This document shows, one piece after another, positions 41,876-52,333 of a stretch of 64,000 nucleotides of DNA. The stretch comes from Geopsychrobacteraceae bacterium (GTDB lineage: Bacteria; Desulfobacterota; Desulfuromonadia; Desulfuromonadales; Geopsychrobacteraceae): assembly GCA_963662315.1 (NCBI GenBank), contig OY759353.1, positions 544,001-608,000 on the forward strand, in the 5' to 3' direction. The position numbers and the translations under genes were made by a program. Below the pieces are notes generated by a model, which worked only from the letters and a program-made list of their open reading frames with translations, had not been told where the DNA came from and did no database searches. Numbering within the stretch: position 1 is the first letter of the stretch; every line of letters begins with the position of its first letter.

Positions 41876-43003
41876 ATGTACACAGATTTTTTTGGTCTGA
41901 ACGCCAAGCCTTTTGAATTATTGCCTAATCCAAAATTCCTTTATCTGAGTAAAGGACATCGAAAAGCGCTTAGTTATCTCCAGTATGGTGTCGAAGAACA
42001 TGCTGGTTTTACTCTCATGACAGGCGAAGTCGGTTCTGGGAAAACTACTTTGCTGCGGGACATTATCAATAAGATTAGTGGTGATGTAACCTTGTCCATG
42101 GTGTTTAACACCAGCGTTGATGGTACGCAGCTGCTCACAATGATCAATGAGGATTTCGGTCTACGGGTAGAAGGGCGCAGCAAGGTCGAGCTACTTAGTG
42201 ATTTGAATGATTTCTTGCTTGCTGAATGTGGTGATGGCCGTCAGCCGATTATCATCATTGACGAAGCACAAAATCTTTCCGAAGAAGCGTTGGAAGAAAT
42301 CCGTCTGCTTTCGAACTTGGAAGCAGACAATTTCAAACTGGTGCAGATCATCCTTGTTGGACAGCCTGAGCTTAAAGAGATTATTGCACGGCCATCCCTG
42401 CGCCAACTGCGCCAACGGATAAGCATCAGTTGCCACCTCAGTCCTTTAAATCGCGAAGAAATGGAAGAGTATATTTTCCATCGTCTCGCTACCGTTGGTA
42501 ATCGCGATTGCGTTACTTTTGCAGAAGGTGTTCTTGATCGTTTATTCGATTTCAGTGGTGGCGTTCCTCGTCTTATTAATGTGATTTGTGATTTTCTTTT
42601 GCTATCTGCTTTTGTTGAGGAAACCCGTGACATCACTCTTGAGCTAGTTGATGATGCCATCAATGAACTCTCCTTTGGAAGTCCCTCTGCGATAGTTCAC
42701 CCCACTCTGCAAAGCGGTACTTTCGTTGGCAATGATGAGAGGCTGGCCAGGATTGAAGAAAATTTTGCAAAACTGAGCGCCAATCGGGCTGAGCAGGAAG
42801 CGATTCTCGAAAGGTTATCAAGTCAGGGGAGTATCCTGGAATATTTGATCAACCAACAGCACAGTCAGTTCGCCAAAATTGAGGAACAACTCAAGAAAAC
42901 CTCCGCACAGATAGAGCGGCTGCGTGCAGCTGTTTTGAAAGAGGGGGGTAAGGGGGAGCAAGGGCCTTTGTATTTTACTGAAGTGCTGAAGAAAAACGGT
43001 TAA
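41876..43003 (+). CDS. ExeA-like AAA ATPase of the XrtA/PEP-CTERM locus
   Basis: MYTDFFGLNAKPF, GEVGSGKTT, IIDEAQNL, LVGQPEL, GVPRLIN. Confidence 0.9.
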   Translation: MYTDFFGLNAKPFELLPNPKFLYLSKGHRKALSYLQYGVEEHAGFTLMTGEVGSGKTTLLRDIINKISGDVTLSMVFNTSVDGTQLLTMINEDFGLRVEGRSKVELLSDLNDFLLAECGDGRQPIIIIDEAQNLSEEALEEIRLLSNLEADNFKLVQIILVGQPELKEIIARPSLRQLRQRISISCHLSPLNREEMEEYIFHRLATVGNRDCVTFAEGVLDRLFDFSGGVPRLINVICDFLLLSAFVEETRDITLELVDDAINELSFGSPSAIVHPTLQSGTFVGNDERLARIEENFAKLSANRAEQEAILERLSSQGSILEYLINQQHSQFAKIEEQLKKTSAQIERLRAAVLKEGGKGEQGPLYFTEVLKKNG

Positions 43004-43005
43004 TT

Positions 43006-43227
43006 GGCCACGGATTTTACAGATAGCTTCTCATTAGGGCAAAGGCTGCCTCACGCAAAGCTCGCCTAGACCGTAAAACTGGATAACAGAAGCTTTTTGT
43101 TGGAAATTAAAATAAGGAAATTTCTCGTGTACCTTCGGGTTTAAATGAGCAGAGCGAACGAGAGAGATAAATAAAAACAGATATTTATAGGCTTTTATCT
43201 GGGAAAATCTGTGTGTATCTGTGTGGC
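43006..43227. repeat. Nested degenerate palindrome (CACAGAT outer arms, CGCAAAG inner unit)
   Basis: GGCCACGGATTTTACAGAT ... ATCTGGGAAAATCTGTGTGTATCTGTGTGGC enclosing CTCACGCAAAG...TGAGCAGAGCGAACGAG. Confidence 0.65.
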
Positions 43228-43276
43228 TGATAAATAAAGTACTTATAATTTCAATTTACTATTGAGGGTGGTTAAC

Positions 43277-44590
43277 GTGCTAGCAGAAAAATTATTAAAA
43301 CAAGAAGCAACTCTGGCTGTCGTAGGCTTAGGTTATGTCGGTCTTCCTTTGGCAGCAGCTTTTGGCAGGAGCTTTCCCGTTATTGGTTTCGATATCCATC
43401 AGGGAAAAATCGAACAGCTTAAAAAAGGTCACGATGCCACTGGTGAGCTGACTTCCGAAGATCTGGCTGAAACGAATATTCACTATACTGCGGATTCAAT
43501 AGCTCTTAAAAAGGCTGATTTTGTTATTGTCACTGTTCCGACACCGATTGATCAGAATAACAATCCCGATTTAACGCCAGTTGAAAAAGCGTCCACAACA
43601 ATAGGACAAAACCTCAAGCCAGGGGCGACAATCGTGTATGAGTCAACGGTCTATCCTGGTGTTACCGAAGATATCTGCGTGCCTATACTTGAAAAAGAGT
43701 CCGGGCTGAAATGTGGAATTGATTTCAAAGTTGGATATTCCCCGGAACGAATCAATCCGGGTGACAAGATTCACACCGTTGATAAAATTACCAAAGTTGT
43801 CTCCGGTATGGATGAAATGACTCTGGAAAATGTCGCTGGTGTCTACGAACTGGTCGTTAAGGCAGGAGTTCACAGGGCATCCAGTATCAAGGTTGCTGAA
43901 GCAGCCAAAGTAATAGAGAATACCCAGCGCGATCTGAATATTGCTTTAATCAATGAGTTATCTATTATTTTCAATAAAATGGATATTCCAACTATGGATG
44001 TTCTTGCTGCAGCCGGAACCAAGTGGAACTTCCTTAAATTCACCCCTGGTTTGGTTGGCGGCCACTGCATTGGTGTTGATCCTTATTATCTGACCCACAA
44101 AGCTGAGCAAATCGGTTATCTTCCGCAGGTTATTCTTGCCGGTCGACGAATTAATGACGGTATGGGTAAGTATGTTGCTGAAAATACCGTTAAGCAGATG
44201 ATTCGGAGCGGAAAGGTTGTTAAAGGATCTCGAGTACTGATATTAGGACTGACCTTCAAGGAGAATGTTCCCGATATTCGTAATACAAAAGTTATTGATA
44301 TTGTCGATGAATTAAAAGATTACGGTGTTGAGGTCCTGGTCCATGATCCCATGGCTGATGCTGATGAAGCCCGGCATGAGTATGGTCTTGAGTTGACAGA
44401 TATCGACTCGGTTGGGACTGTTGATGCCATCGTTTATGCTGTAAGTCATGCTGCCTTTAACAATATTACTCTTGAAGCTATGGCATCTATTTGTTCAAAC
44501 GGTGCTGGAAATGGCGTGTTGATTGACGTTAAGTCTGCATTGGTTGCCGCTGATGTTAAAAATGCCGGCCTGGTTTACTGGTCCTTATAG
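43277..44590 (+). CDS. UDP-HexNAc 6-dehydrogenase (TviB/WbpO-like)
   Basis: GLGYVGLP, YESTVYPG, YSPERINPG, KVIENTQRD, GGHCIGVDPYY, LTFKENVPD. Confidence 0.92.
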   Translation: MLAEKLLKQEATLAVVGLGYVGLPLAAAFGRSFPVIGFDIHQGKIEQLKKGHDATGELTSEDLAETNIHYTADSIALKKADFVIVTVPTPIDQNNNPDLTPVEKASTTIGQNLKPGATIVYESTVYPGVTEDICVPILEKESGLKCGIDFKVGYSPERINPGDKIHTVDKITKVVSGMDEMTLENVAGVYELVVKAGVHRASSIKVAEAAKVIENTQRDLNIALINELSIIFNKMDIPTMDVLAAAGTKWNFLKFTPGLVGGHCIGVDPYYLTHKAEQIGYLPQVILAGRRINDGMGKYVAENTVKQMIRSGKVVKGSRVLILGLTFKENVPDIRNTKVIDIVDELKDYGVEVLVHDPMADADEARHEYGLELTDIDSVGTVDAIVYAVSHAAFNNITLEAMASICSNGAGNGVLIDVKSALVAADVKNAGLVYWSL

Positions 44591-44697
44591 ATCCTCAGAT
44601 GTTCCGCATTGATAACTAGGGTTCTGGTAATGCTGGAGTATCGCCAGAGCTCTAGTCTGATTTTAATCTGAGACTGGCCTGTGGGGAGAAGGGGAGT

Positions 44698-45522
44698 ATG
44701 GGAAGCATAGATCTTTCTTTTGTCATTTTGACATGGAATTCAAGAAAATTTTTAAATGCCTGTTTTGACACTGTTATTGGATCGTGTGAAGAACAAGGTA
44801 TAGATTATGAAATTCTCATATCCGATAATGGCTCAACAGACCTTTCTCACGATATTTTTGATCATTACTCTAAAAAACTTGGCGATAAGTTTCAAGTTAC
44901 TTATCTGGGGGAAAACAAGGGGACCACTTATCCACGTAATATTGCGATTAAAAAAGCGCGTGGAAAGTATATTTGCGTTCTCGATTCAGACACTGAAATA
45001 CGCCAAGGGAATTACAGGGACTTATTTAAGCTGTTTGACAATGATTCCAGCCTTGGCATGGTGACCCCGCAGTTGCTTCTGCCCGATGGATCAATTCAGC
45101 ATTCAGCTAAAAAATTTCCCACTTTTGTCCTTAAGTTGAAGAAAATACTTAAAGCTGTTGGAAACCTGAAGATTAATGATAATGATTTTTACGAAGATTT
45201 TCCTTTCTACTCTCCCCGGACAATCGATACCGCTATTTCCGCATGTTGGTTTTTTCCCAAGACTTTGACTTCCCATATTGGTTATCTCGACGAAAGAATC
45301 TTTTATGCGCCTGAAGATCTCGATTATTGTGTCAGGGTTAGGAAGGGTGGTATGAAAATTCTTTATTGGCCTGATTTTAAGGTTCTTCATAATACCCAGC
45401 AAATTTCCCATCGAAAACCGTTTTCAAAGGTTTCGCGCAGTCATTTCTACGGCCTGATTTATTATTTTAAAAAGCATGGTGGGTGGCTAAGTAATAATCA
45501 TTTAAAGGTAAACAATAACTGA
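44698..45522 (+). CDS. Glycosyltransferase family 2
   Basis: ILTWNS, SDNGSTD, LDSD, PEDLDYC. Confidence 0.88.
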   Translation: MGSIDLSFVILTWNSRKFLNACFDTVIGSCEEQGIDYEILISDNGSTDLSHDIFDHYSKKLGDKFQVTYLGENKGTTYPRNIAIKKARGKYICVLDSDTEIRQGNYRDLFKLFDNDSSLGMVTPQLLLPDGSIQHSAKKFPTFVLKLKKILKAVGNLKINDNDFYEDFPFYSPRTIDTAISACWFFPKTLTSHIGYLDERIFYAPEDLDYCVRVRKGGMKILYWPDFKVLHNTQQISHRKPFSKVSRSHFYGLIYYFKKHGGWLSNNHLKVNNN

Positions 45523-46613
45523 TGCTGACTAGGATTAAAGACGCGCTGAAATGGGTTCCGTCCTATCTTGCACGGGATCTCCTGTTGTCTCTTAACGGGT
45601 CACGTTCACAGGTTAAACATGTTTATTTCTGTATCTGTGATCACTTTGAACCCTACTGGAATCGTGCTGGAGACCAGGTCGCCAAGACCAGGTTGAACCG
45701 TTGGTTGAATGAGTGGCCCATGGTTGCGGATGATAATAGAGATTCCTTTGGCAACAGGCTGCCGTACAGTTTTTTTTACCCTGAAGAAGAATATAATAAG
45801 GATGATATCGATGCCCTGGCCAAGCTATGTCATGCTGGCTACGGTGAGGTTGAGATCCATTTACATCATCATGATGATAATCCTGAGAATTTAAAACATA
45901 CGCTGCTAGATTTCAAACATCGGCTGCACGAGGTTCATGGTCTTTTGCCGGTGAATGAACGCACGGGTAAAATCTCTTATGCCTTTATTCATGGGAACTG
46001 GTGCCTGAATAATTGTCGGCCAGACGGTTGCTGGTGTGGTGTTGATGACGAAACCTCCATTCTACTTGAAACCGGATGCTACGCAGACCTGACCTTTCCG
46101 TCGGCTCCCAGTCCGACGCAGCCGCGCAAAGTGAATAGTCTTTACTATGTCAAACCCACTCCTGGGCAATCTGCAGCCCATGAGATTGGAGATGATTTGC
46201 AGGTTGGTGGTAACGAAAAGGGTCTTTTAATGGTACAGGGACCATTAGGGTTTGCCTGGGGACGCCGGAAGTGGGGTATTGTCCCGCGTATTGAAAATAG
46301 CGGTCTCATGTTGTCAATGCCCATTAATAAAGCCCGGTTTCATGATTTTATGCGCGCTCATGTGCATGTCAAAGGTGCCTCCGAGCATGTTTTTGTCAAG
46401 TTGTATGCCCACGGCACGCAGGAAGATAACCTTAAGATGTTTTTTGATGATGGAGGAGGAAGAAGGCTTCTTTCTGGAATGCGGGAATATGTCGAATCAC
46501 TCGGTGCTCAGGTACATTTTGTCAGCGCTCGCCAGATGGTGAATACTATATTGGCCATTCAACGAACAGACTCTTCTCTTAATAATAACGCTCCATACAG
46601 TCTGAAGTTCTGA
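45522..46613 (+). CDS. Hypothetical His-rich putative metallohydrolase (deacetylase-like)
   Basis: CICDHFEP, EIHLHH, FIHGNW, YADLTFPS, VKLYAHG. Confidence 0.55.
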   Translation: MLTRIKDALKWVPSYLARDLLLSLNGSRSQVKHVYFCICDHFEPYWNRAGDQVAKTRLNRWLNEWPMVADDNRDSFGNRLPYSFFYPEEEYNKDDIDALAKLCHAGYGEVEIHLHHHDDNPENLKHTLLDFKHRLHEVHGLLPVNERTGKISYAFIHGNWCLNNCRPDGCWCGVDDETSILLETGCYADLTFPSAPSPTQPRKVNSLYYVKPTPGQSAAHEIGDDLQVGGNEKGLLMVQGPLGFAWGRRKWGIVPRIENSGLMLSMPINKARFHDFMRAHVHVKGASEHVFVKLYAHGTQEDNLKMFFDDGGGRRLLSGMREYVESLGAQVHFVSARQMVNTILAIQRTDSSLNNNAPYSLKF

Positions 46614-46615
46614 CT

Positions 46616-47908
46616 ATGCTTTATTTTGTCGCTTGCATTTATCTTGTTATGTATTACATCCGGCCTTTTGAGTGGGTCCCAGGGATGGTTGGTATACCAA
46701 TTTTTGTGGTGCTTTGTGTGGTCGCCTTCCTGCTTTTAGTAATCAATTTCATCAATGGAAAAATTCGTTTATTCAGTTTCAATACTGATATTTTCATGGT
46801 GGGGTTTTTTGGCGCTATCCTTTTGTCTCACATTACTCATGGTTATCTGCATGGGATGATTGATGGAGCAATCAAATTTTTCCCTGTTTTTATTGGTTAC
46901 TTTTTATTTGCACATGCTCTAGACACCTATAAAAAATATAACTGCTTTCTGTTGTTATTAATCTTTTTGACAGCGTTCCTGGCTTATCAAGGCTATTTGC
47001 AAGTAACCACTGGTCATGCATACGGAGGTCTAGAACCGCTATATCAGCGCGTTGGTTATGATGAAAGTAATAACCCTATCTATGTAACCCGGATTCGTTG
47101 GTATGGAGTTTTTAATGATCCGAATGATCTGGGGTTGGCGTTGGTTTTAATTGTTCCCGTTTTAATTGATCGGGTATTCCAGAAAAGATTTTTTCTCAGT
47201 GCGTTGCTTCTCCCTGTGATTCTCTACGGTATTTATTGGACCAACTCAAGAGGAGCCATGTTGTCACTTGCTGCTGGTATTTTTGCTTATCTCGTATTGC
47301 GATATCGGTCTCTGAAGGGCGTTATCATTGGCGGTGTAATGGCGGTTATCGGTGTTGTCTTTGGGCCGAGCCGTATGGGTTCCTTATCTGGGAGTGAAGA
47401 GTCTGCTTATGGGCGCATAGAGGCGTGGTATTCTGGGTTCCAGATGTTTAAAAGTAGCCCTTTATTTGGAGTCGGCCAGGGAATGTTTACTGAATATCAT
47501 AATTTAACGGCTCACAATTCTTATATGTTGGTACTGGCTGAACTTGGGTTGTTGGGATCAATATTTTTTGTTGGTATGTTTTATATCTCACTATTATGGA
47601 CGAAAAATTATTGTTTTCTTGGTGAAGCCTTATCCTCAGAAATTGAAAAACAGAATCGTAGCCAAGCTTGTGCGCTTTCTGCATCTTTAGTAGGTGTGAT
47701 GGCGGCAATATTTTTTTTGAGTCGTTCATATGTTCTTTTGCCTTTCTTGATTATTGCTTTAATGGTGCGTTTTTCTACATTTAGAGACGTTGATTTAAAT
47801 CAATATTTTGTCAATCCGTTTCAGGCACCGATTAAGTGGAGATCTATTTTATCTCTGATTGTTATAGAGATTATATTTATAAATATTGTTGTTAAGGTAC
47901 TCGTTTAA
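46616..47908 (+). CDS. O-antigen ligase/polymerase (Wzy_C) family membrane protein
   Basis: Multiple TM helices, FNDPNDLG, TNSRGA, PLFGVG, AHNSY..LAELG. Confidence 0.88.
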   Translation: MLYFVACIYLVMYYIRPFEWVPGMVGIPIFVVLCVVAFLLLVINFINGKIRLFSFNTDIFMVGFFGAILLSHITHGYLHGMIDGAIKFFPVFIGYFLFAHALDTYKKYNCFLLLLIFLTAFLAYQGYLQVTTGHAYGGLEPLYQRVGYDESNNPIYVTRIRWYGVFNDPNDLGLALVLIVPVLIDRVFQKRFFLSALLLPVILYGIYWTNSRGAMLSLAAGIFAYLVLRYRSLKGVIIGGVMAVIGVVFGPSRMGSLSGSEESAYGRIEAWYSGFQMFKSSPLFGVGQGMFTEYHNLTAHNSYMLVLAELGLLGSIFFVGMFYISLLWTKNYCFLGEALSSEIEKQNRSQACALSASLVGVMAAIFFLSRSYVLLPFLIIALMVRFSTFRDVDLNQYFVNPFQAPIKWRSILSLIVIEIIFINIVVKVLV

Positions 47909-47911
47909 AAT

Positions 47912-49414
47912 ATGCTACGTAATATAATTGCAAACTGGTCTTTTATTTTTGTTTCTGCCATTTCTGTTTATGCTCTGTATCCTTTCTATATTGATGTTTT
48001 AGGCGCTGAGCAGTATGGAGTATGGCTTCTAATTTCATCTATAATCGGTTATTTTTCACTGATTCAGATGGGGGTTCCTTTAGCAAATGTTCGGTTTGTG
48101 TCAAAGTATTATGCAAAAGGTGACTTTGATAAATTGAATGAGGTTTTAGGTGCTAATCTGTTTCTGTTCATCTGGATGGCGGGGATAACAGTTTTTTTTG
48201 GATTAGCCATTTCATTATTCTTGGACAGGTTTTTCCAAATCCCCCTTGAATATCTTTATTATGCGAAAATAGGTCTTATCATTGCGGCTTTGGAAGTTGG
48301 TTTACGTTTTGTGTTTGAGGCTGTTGAAGGGGTACTTAATGCCAGACGAGAATTTGTCTTTATTAATGGTGTCAGAAATGTCATCACTATACTGAGAGTT
48401 GCTCTTTCTTTCCTGTTGATTTCAAACGATTGTGGACTGCTGTGGGTCGCCTCGTTACTGCTTTTATCCACAATAATTCAATCGATTTGCTTTTATCTCT
48501 GCGTTAGCCGTAAGTACCCAAAAATAAAACTGCTTCCTAAAAAAGCTACCCGTGAAATGTTTAAGGATATTTTTTCCTACAGCGGGTTTGTTTTACTTTT
48601 GCAGCTTTCAAGTCGCATTAGTTTCCAGACAGATGCCCTTGTCCTGGCAAGTGTTGTGTCCGTCACCTCAGTTGTCTGGTTTGGTGTTGCAAATAGTATT
48701 TTATTATATTTGACTCAGATGGTCGTTGGGGTTTCAAAAGTTTTGATGCCTCAGATGAGTGAACTTGATTCGTTGGGAGATAACTCAAAAATATGTTCCG
48801 TATTTTTAACTTCGACTCGAATGGTTGGTTTGCTGGTATTCCCGATTTGTCTGCTTTTATATTACTATGGTGGTGAATTTATTCAACTTTGGATGAAAGA
48901 TAGCTTTCGTCCAGAAATGTATGAAGTTTTATCTATCTTGCTTGTTGGATATGTTTTTTTTCTGGTTCAGCGTGGGACAACCTTTCCAGTATTGATGGGT
49001 GTGTCTAAAATGAAATGGCCAACAATTGTCATGTTTGTGGCGGCTATCTTCAATTTGGTTTCAAGTATCTGGTTTGGAAAAATATATGGAGTTTATGGTG
49101 TGGCTTGGGCAACAAGTATTCCTACGATATGTGTTGCACTTTTTCTTTTAGCTTATATATCGTCGATTCTTTCCATTCCTATACTGAAGTGTCTTATTAA
49201 CTCTACACTGATCCCAGGGGTCAGCTTGCTGCCGATTATCATTCTATTCTATTGCTTTGATAGTTTTGACCTTCAATATTCCTACTTGGCACTAATTTTT
49301 AAGATAGGCGTGTCCATGATTCTCACGTTTTTATTTGATCTCTTTCTTGTTGATAAAATTTATAGGGGTAAGTTTATGAATATTATTTCTAAAGTAAAAG
49401 GAGCAACCATATGA
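47912..49414 (+). CDS. wzx: Wzx flippase
   Basis: 500 aa, highly hydrophobic, [17 protein letters not shown]. Confidence 0.85.
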   Translation: MLRNIIANWSFIFVSAISVYALYPFYIDVLGAEQYGVWLLISSIIGYFSLIQMGVPLANVRFVSKYYAKGDFDKLNEVLGANLFLFIWMAGITVFFGLAISLFLDRFFQIPLEYLYYAKIGLIIAALEVGLRFVFEAVEGVLNARREFVFINGVRNVITILRVALSFLLISNDCGLLWVASLLLLSTIIQSICFYLCVSRKYPKIKLLPKKATREMFKDIFSYSGFVLLLQLSSRISFQTDALVLASVVSVTSVVWFGVANSILLYLTQMVVGVSKVLMPQMSELDSLGDNSKICSVFLTSTRMVGLLVFPICLLLYYYGGEFIQLWMKDSFRPEMYEVLSILLVGYVFFLVQRGTTFPVLMGVSKMKWPTIVMFVAAIFNLVSSIWFGKIYGVYGVAWATSIPTICVALFLLAYISSILSIPILKCLINSTLIPGVSLLPIIILFYCFDSFDLQYSYLALIFKIGVSMILTFLFDLFLVDKIYRGKFMNIISKVKGATI

Positions 49415-50085
49415 TTGGCTTTCTCCTTGGAATGTATAGAAAATACAGTTTAAAAAAACTATATGTTTATTTATATAAAGTTGCGGTAATTGGTGATTAT
49501 TTTGAGGCTGAACGTGGCGCATACATTAGGAATGAGTCCGGTAATCCTCAGGCAATTCAAATAGGTCATCATGTCAGGTTGACAGGTGATATCTCCTGTA
49601 AACGCGGTGGAAATGTAACGATTGGGAATTATTGCGTCCTGCAGGATAATTCATCTATTAATTGTGTCAGCTCAGTAACTATTGGTGATTTTACCGGAAT
49701 TGCTCACAGTTGTTTGATTACTGACAACAACACCCATGCATTAGGAATAGAAAATTGGATTAGACATCGCATAACGGTAGCTCCTGGAGGTAAAGGTTAT
49801 CCAGGTATGGGCAATGGTTGGGAGTTGTCTGAAACTAAACCTGTTGTAATTGGCAACGGTGTATGGATTGGGGCTAAATCAAGTATACTGAAGGGGGTAA
49901 CTATAGGGGATTGTGCTGTTGTTGCCCAAGGGTCAGTTGTAACTAAGGATGTTCCCCCTTACGCAGTTGTCGGTGGTAATCCTGCTAAAATTATTAAAAC
50001 GTTTGATGCTCCTACTGAAACGATAACTGAAATAGCTGACCGCATATTGAAGGAATTTGATGAAAGTTCTTCATGTCGTAAATAG
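49411..50085 (+). CDS. Hexapeptide-repeat acyltransferase
   Basis: [28 protein letters not shown]. Confidence 0.9.
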   Translation: MIGFLLGMYRKYSLKKLYVYLYKVAVIGDYFEAERGAYIRNESGNPQAIQIGHHVRLTGDISCKRGGNVTIGNYCVLQDNSSINCVSSVTIGDFTGIAHSCLITDNNTHALGIENWIRHRITVAPGGKGYPGMGNGWELSETKPVVIGNGVWIGAKSSILKGVTIGDCAVVAQGSVVTKDVPPYAVVGGNPAKIIKTFDAPTETITEIADRILKEFDESSSCRK

Positions 50086-51145
50086 CCTCGCAATGGGAGG
50101 TCTGGAAAATTTTGTTGTTGAATTGACAAAAAATTTGCCACAAGTTGATCATTATGTCGCTTGTTTAACAGGCAAAGGAGAGTTGTTCGACGATATTGAT
50201 GGATGTGCTTATTTTTTGGATGTTCCTAAAAAGACCTCCATCAGGACATTTTATTCCTTATGGAAATTGATGTCAGATTTAAAAGTCGATATTGTTCATA
50301 CCCATAACCAAGGGCCGCAATTTTATGGGGCAATTGCTGCTAAATTACGCGGGTTGCCTGTTGTGCATACAAAACATGGACGAAATCTGTCTAATTTTGG
50401 GAAACGGAAATATCTAGATCGGATATCTTCTCTTTTTACTGATAAAATTGTCACTGTGTCGGAAGATATTCGAAGGCTATGTGTTGAACAGTTAAGGATT
50501 CCTGAAAAAAAAGTATCTGTAATCCTTAATGGTATTGACACTAATAAGTTTTGTTCACAGGTTCGTCCTGCTAGACAAGAATCTGAACCCTTTATCATCG
50601 GTACAGTTGCAAGACTTTCTCCTGAAAAGAATCAAGCCTGCTTGCTTCGTGCTGCCAAAGTGTTAAAAGACAATCAGCTTAATTTTAAAGTTCAGATTGT
50701 TGGTGATGGACCATTAAAAGAGAATTTGAATGCTCTATCTATGCAATTGGTGTTGGAAAAGCATGTTGAATTTCTAGGGTTGCGGCGTGATATCCCTGAA
50801 ATATTAAATCATTTTGATCTGTTTGTATTACCTTCTTTTACTGAAGGAATTTCTTTGACTTTGCTGGAGGCGATGAGTTGTCAACTTCCAGTTGTTGCCA
50901 CTAGAGTTGGCGGAAATTGTGAAATAATAGATGATGGAAAAGATGGATTTCTCGTCCCATCCGATGACCATCTTGAGCTTGCTAATGTTTTATCAGGTTG
51001 TATTTCAGATGAAAAAAAATATCTTCTGGACGAAGTAGGTAAACAATCTCGTTTAAAGATTATTTCACAGTTTAGCTTAGACATAGTTGTTGGTCGGTAT
51101 CTTTCTCTATATCAATCACTTGCAGGTTCTCATGCTGAGCTCTGA
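50060..51145 (+). CDS. Glycosyltransferase family 4
   Basis: [32 protein letters not shown]. Confidence 0.92.
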   Translation: MKVLHVVNSLAMGGLENFVVELTKNLPQVDHYVACLTGKGELFDDIDGCAYFLDVPKKTSIRTFYSLWKLMSDLKVDIVHTHNQGPQFYGAIAAKLRGLPVVHTKHGRNLSNFGKRKYLDRISSLFTDKIVTVSEDIRRLCVEQLRIPEKKVSVILNGIDTNKFCSQVRPARQESEPFIIGTVARLSPEKNQACLLRAAKVLKDNQLNFKVQIVGDGPLKENLNALSMQLVLEKHVEFLGLRRDIPEILNHFDLFVLPSFTEGISLTLLEAMSCQLPVVATRVGGNCEIIDDGKDGFLVPSDDHLELANVLSGCISDEKKYLLDEVGKQSRLKIISQFSLDIVVGRYLSLYQSLAGSHAEL

Positions 51146-52310
51146 CACGATGACAAATCGAAACAGGTTGCTTTTTGTTTCTAGTATTTTCCCTAATTCT
51201 TATTTCAAAAGTAAGGGAACCTACAATTTACAGCAGGTCAACGCATTAAAAGCTGTATATGACGTCGATATAATTGCGCCGGTTTCTTTTTTAGAAAAAA
51301 TTAAATTTAATGTTCCAGAGACTGAATATATTAAGTCCAGTATCATTTATCATCCAACATTTTTTTATATTCCTGGAATTTTCAGACAATTTAATGGTTT
51401 TTTTTATTATCTTTCTGTTTTTAATTGTGTAAGGCGACTATTGAAGTCCGGTTGTTATTCTCTTATGTTTTCCACTTGGTTATATCCAGATAGTTGGGCT
51501 GTATCTCGGTTAGCTCAACGCTATGGTCTCAAGCATTTCATCAAAGTTCATGGAAGCGATGTTAATTGTTTAAATCCAAGCTCATTTTCTGGGAAACTTG
51601 CCCTAAAGGCAGTTGCTCATTCCTCTACAGTCTTTTGTGTCAGTAAAGCTCTTCGTGACAAATTGGAATCTTTCGGAGCCAATCCTGGAAAATTGAAAGT
51701 ATTATATAACGGTATTGATAAGACTTGTTTTCGTAAAATAGAGCGATCTTCTGCATCTGAGAGTATAGAATATACACATATTGACCGCAGAGTTCTCCTT
51801 TTTGTTGGTAATATTAAAGGGTCTAAAGGGGTTTTTGATCTTTTCGAGGCTTTTAGTAAGATATGTAATCAACCTGACTGTATCGATGTCGATTTGGTTT
51901 ACGTTGGTGGCGGGCCTGACTTGGCGGCCCTTAAAAGTCAGGTTCAAAGAAGTCCTTTTTCGTCACGAGTATTATTTGTTCCACCGCAGCTACCAGATAA
52001 AATTGCTCTCTGGATGAATGTTGCCAGTCTTTTATGCCTTCCAAGTCATATGGAGGGTGTTCCAAATGTTATTCTTGAAGCTCTTTGCTGTGGTTTGCCA
52101 GTTGTTGCGACTGCTGTTGGCGGTGTTCCCGAGATCGCTGAAATGGATGATCGCTTAGTCACCGTTCCTTTGCGAGATAATGAGGCATTAGCTGAGTCTT
52201 TACTTCGTTGCCTTCATTCTAGCGCCAGCTTTGGTCCTAAACGTGCTGTCTTTGATAGTTGGGAGACCAATGCCCAGAGGATAGTTCATTCTTTTGAAAA
52301 TAGTATATAA
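51132..52310 (+). CDS. Glycosyltransferase family 4 (TuaC-like); start uncertain
   Basis: WLYPD, KVHGSDVN, NGID, EGVPNVILEA. Confidence 0.9.
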   Translation: MLSSDTMTNRNRLLFVSSIFPNSYFKSKGTYNLQQVNALKAVYDVDIIAPVSFLEKIKFNVPETEYIKSSIIYHPTFFYIPGIFRQFNGFFYYLSVFNCVRRLLKSGCYSLMFSTWLYPDSWAVSRLAQRYGLKHFIKVHGSDVNCLNPSSFSGKLALKAVAHSSTVFCVSKALRDKLESFGANPGKLKVLYNGIDKTCFRKIERSSASESIEYTHIDRRVLLFVGNIKGSKGVFDLFEAFSKICNQPDCIDVDLVYVGGGPDLAALKSQVQRSPFSSRVLFVPPQLPDKIALWMNVASLLCLPSHMEGVPNVILEALCCGLPVVATAVGGVPEIAEMDDRLVTVPLRDNEALAESLLRCLHSSASFGPKRAVFDSWETNAQRIVHSFENSI

Positions 52311-52333
52311 TTTAAATTGATTGTGGGGGTCTG

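Noticed and set aside
43036..43080. c-di-GMP-I riboswitch-like GGCAAA...CGCAAAGC
   Set aside because: Lacks the GAAA-tetraloop P2 stem and is better explained as the CGCAAAG repeat family.
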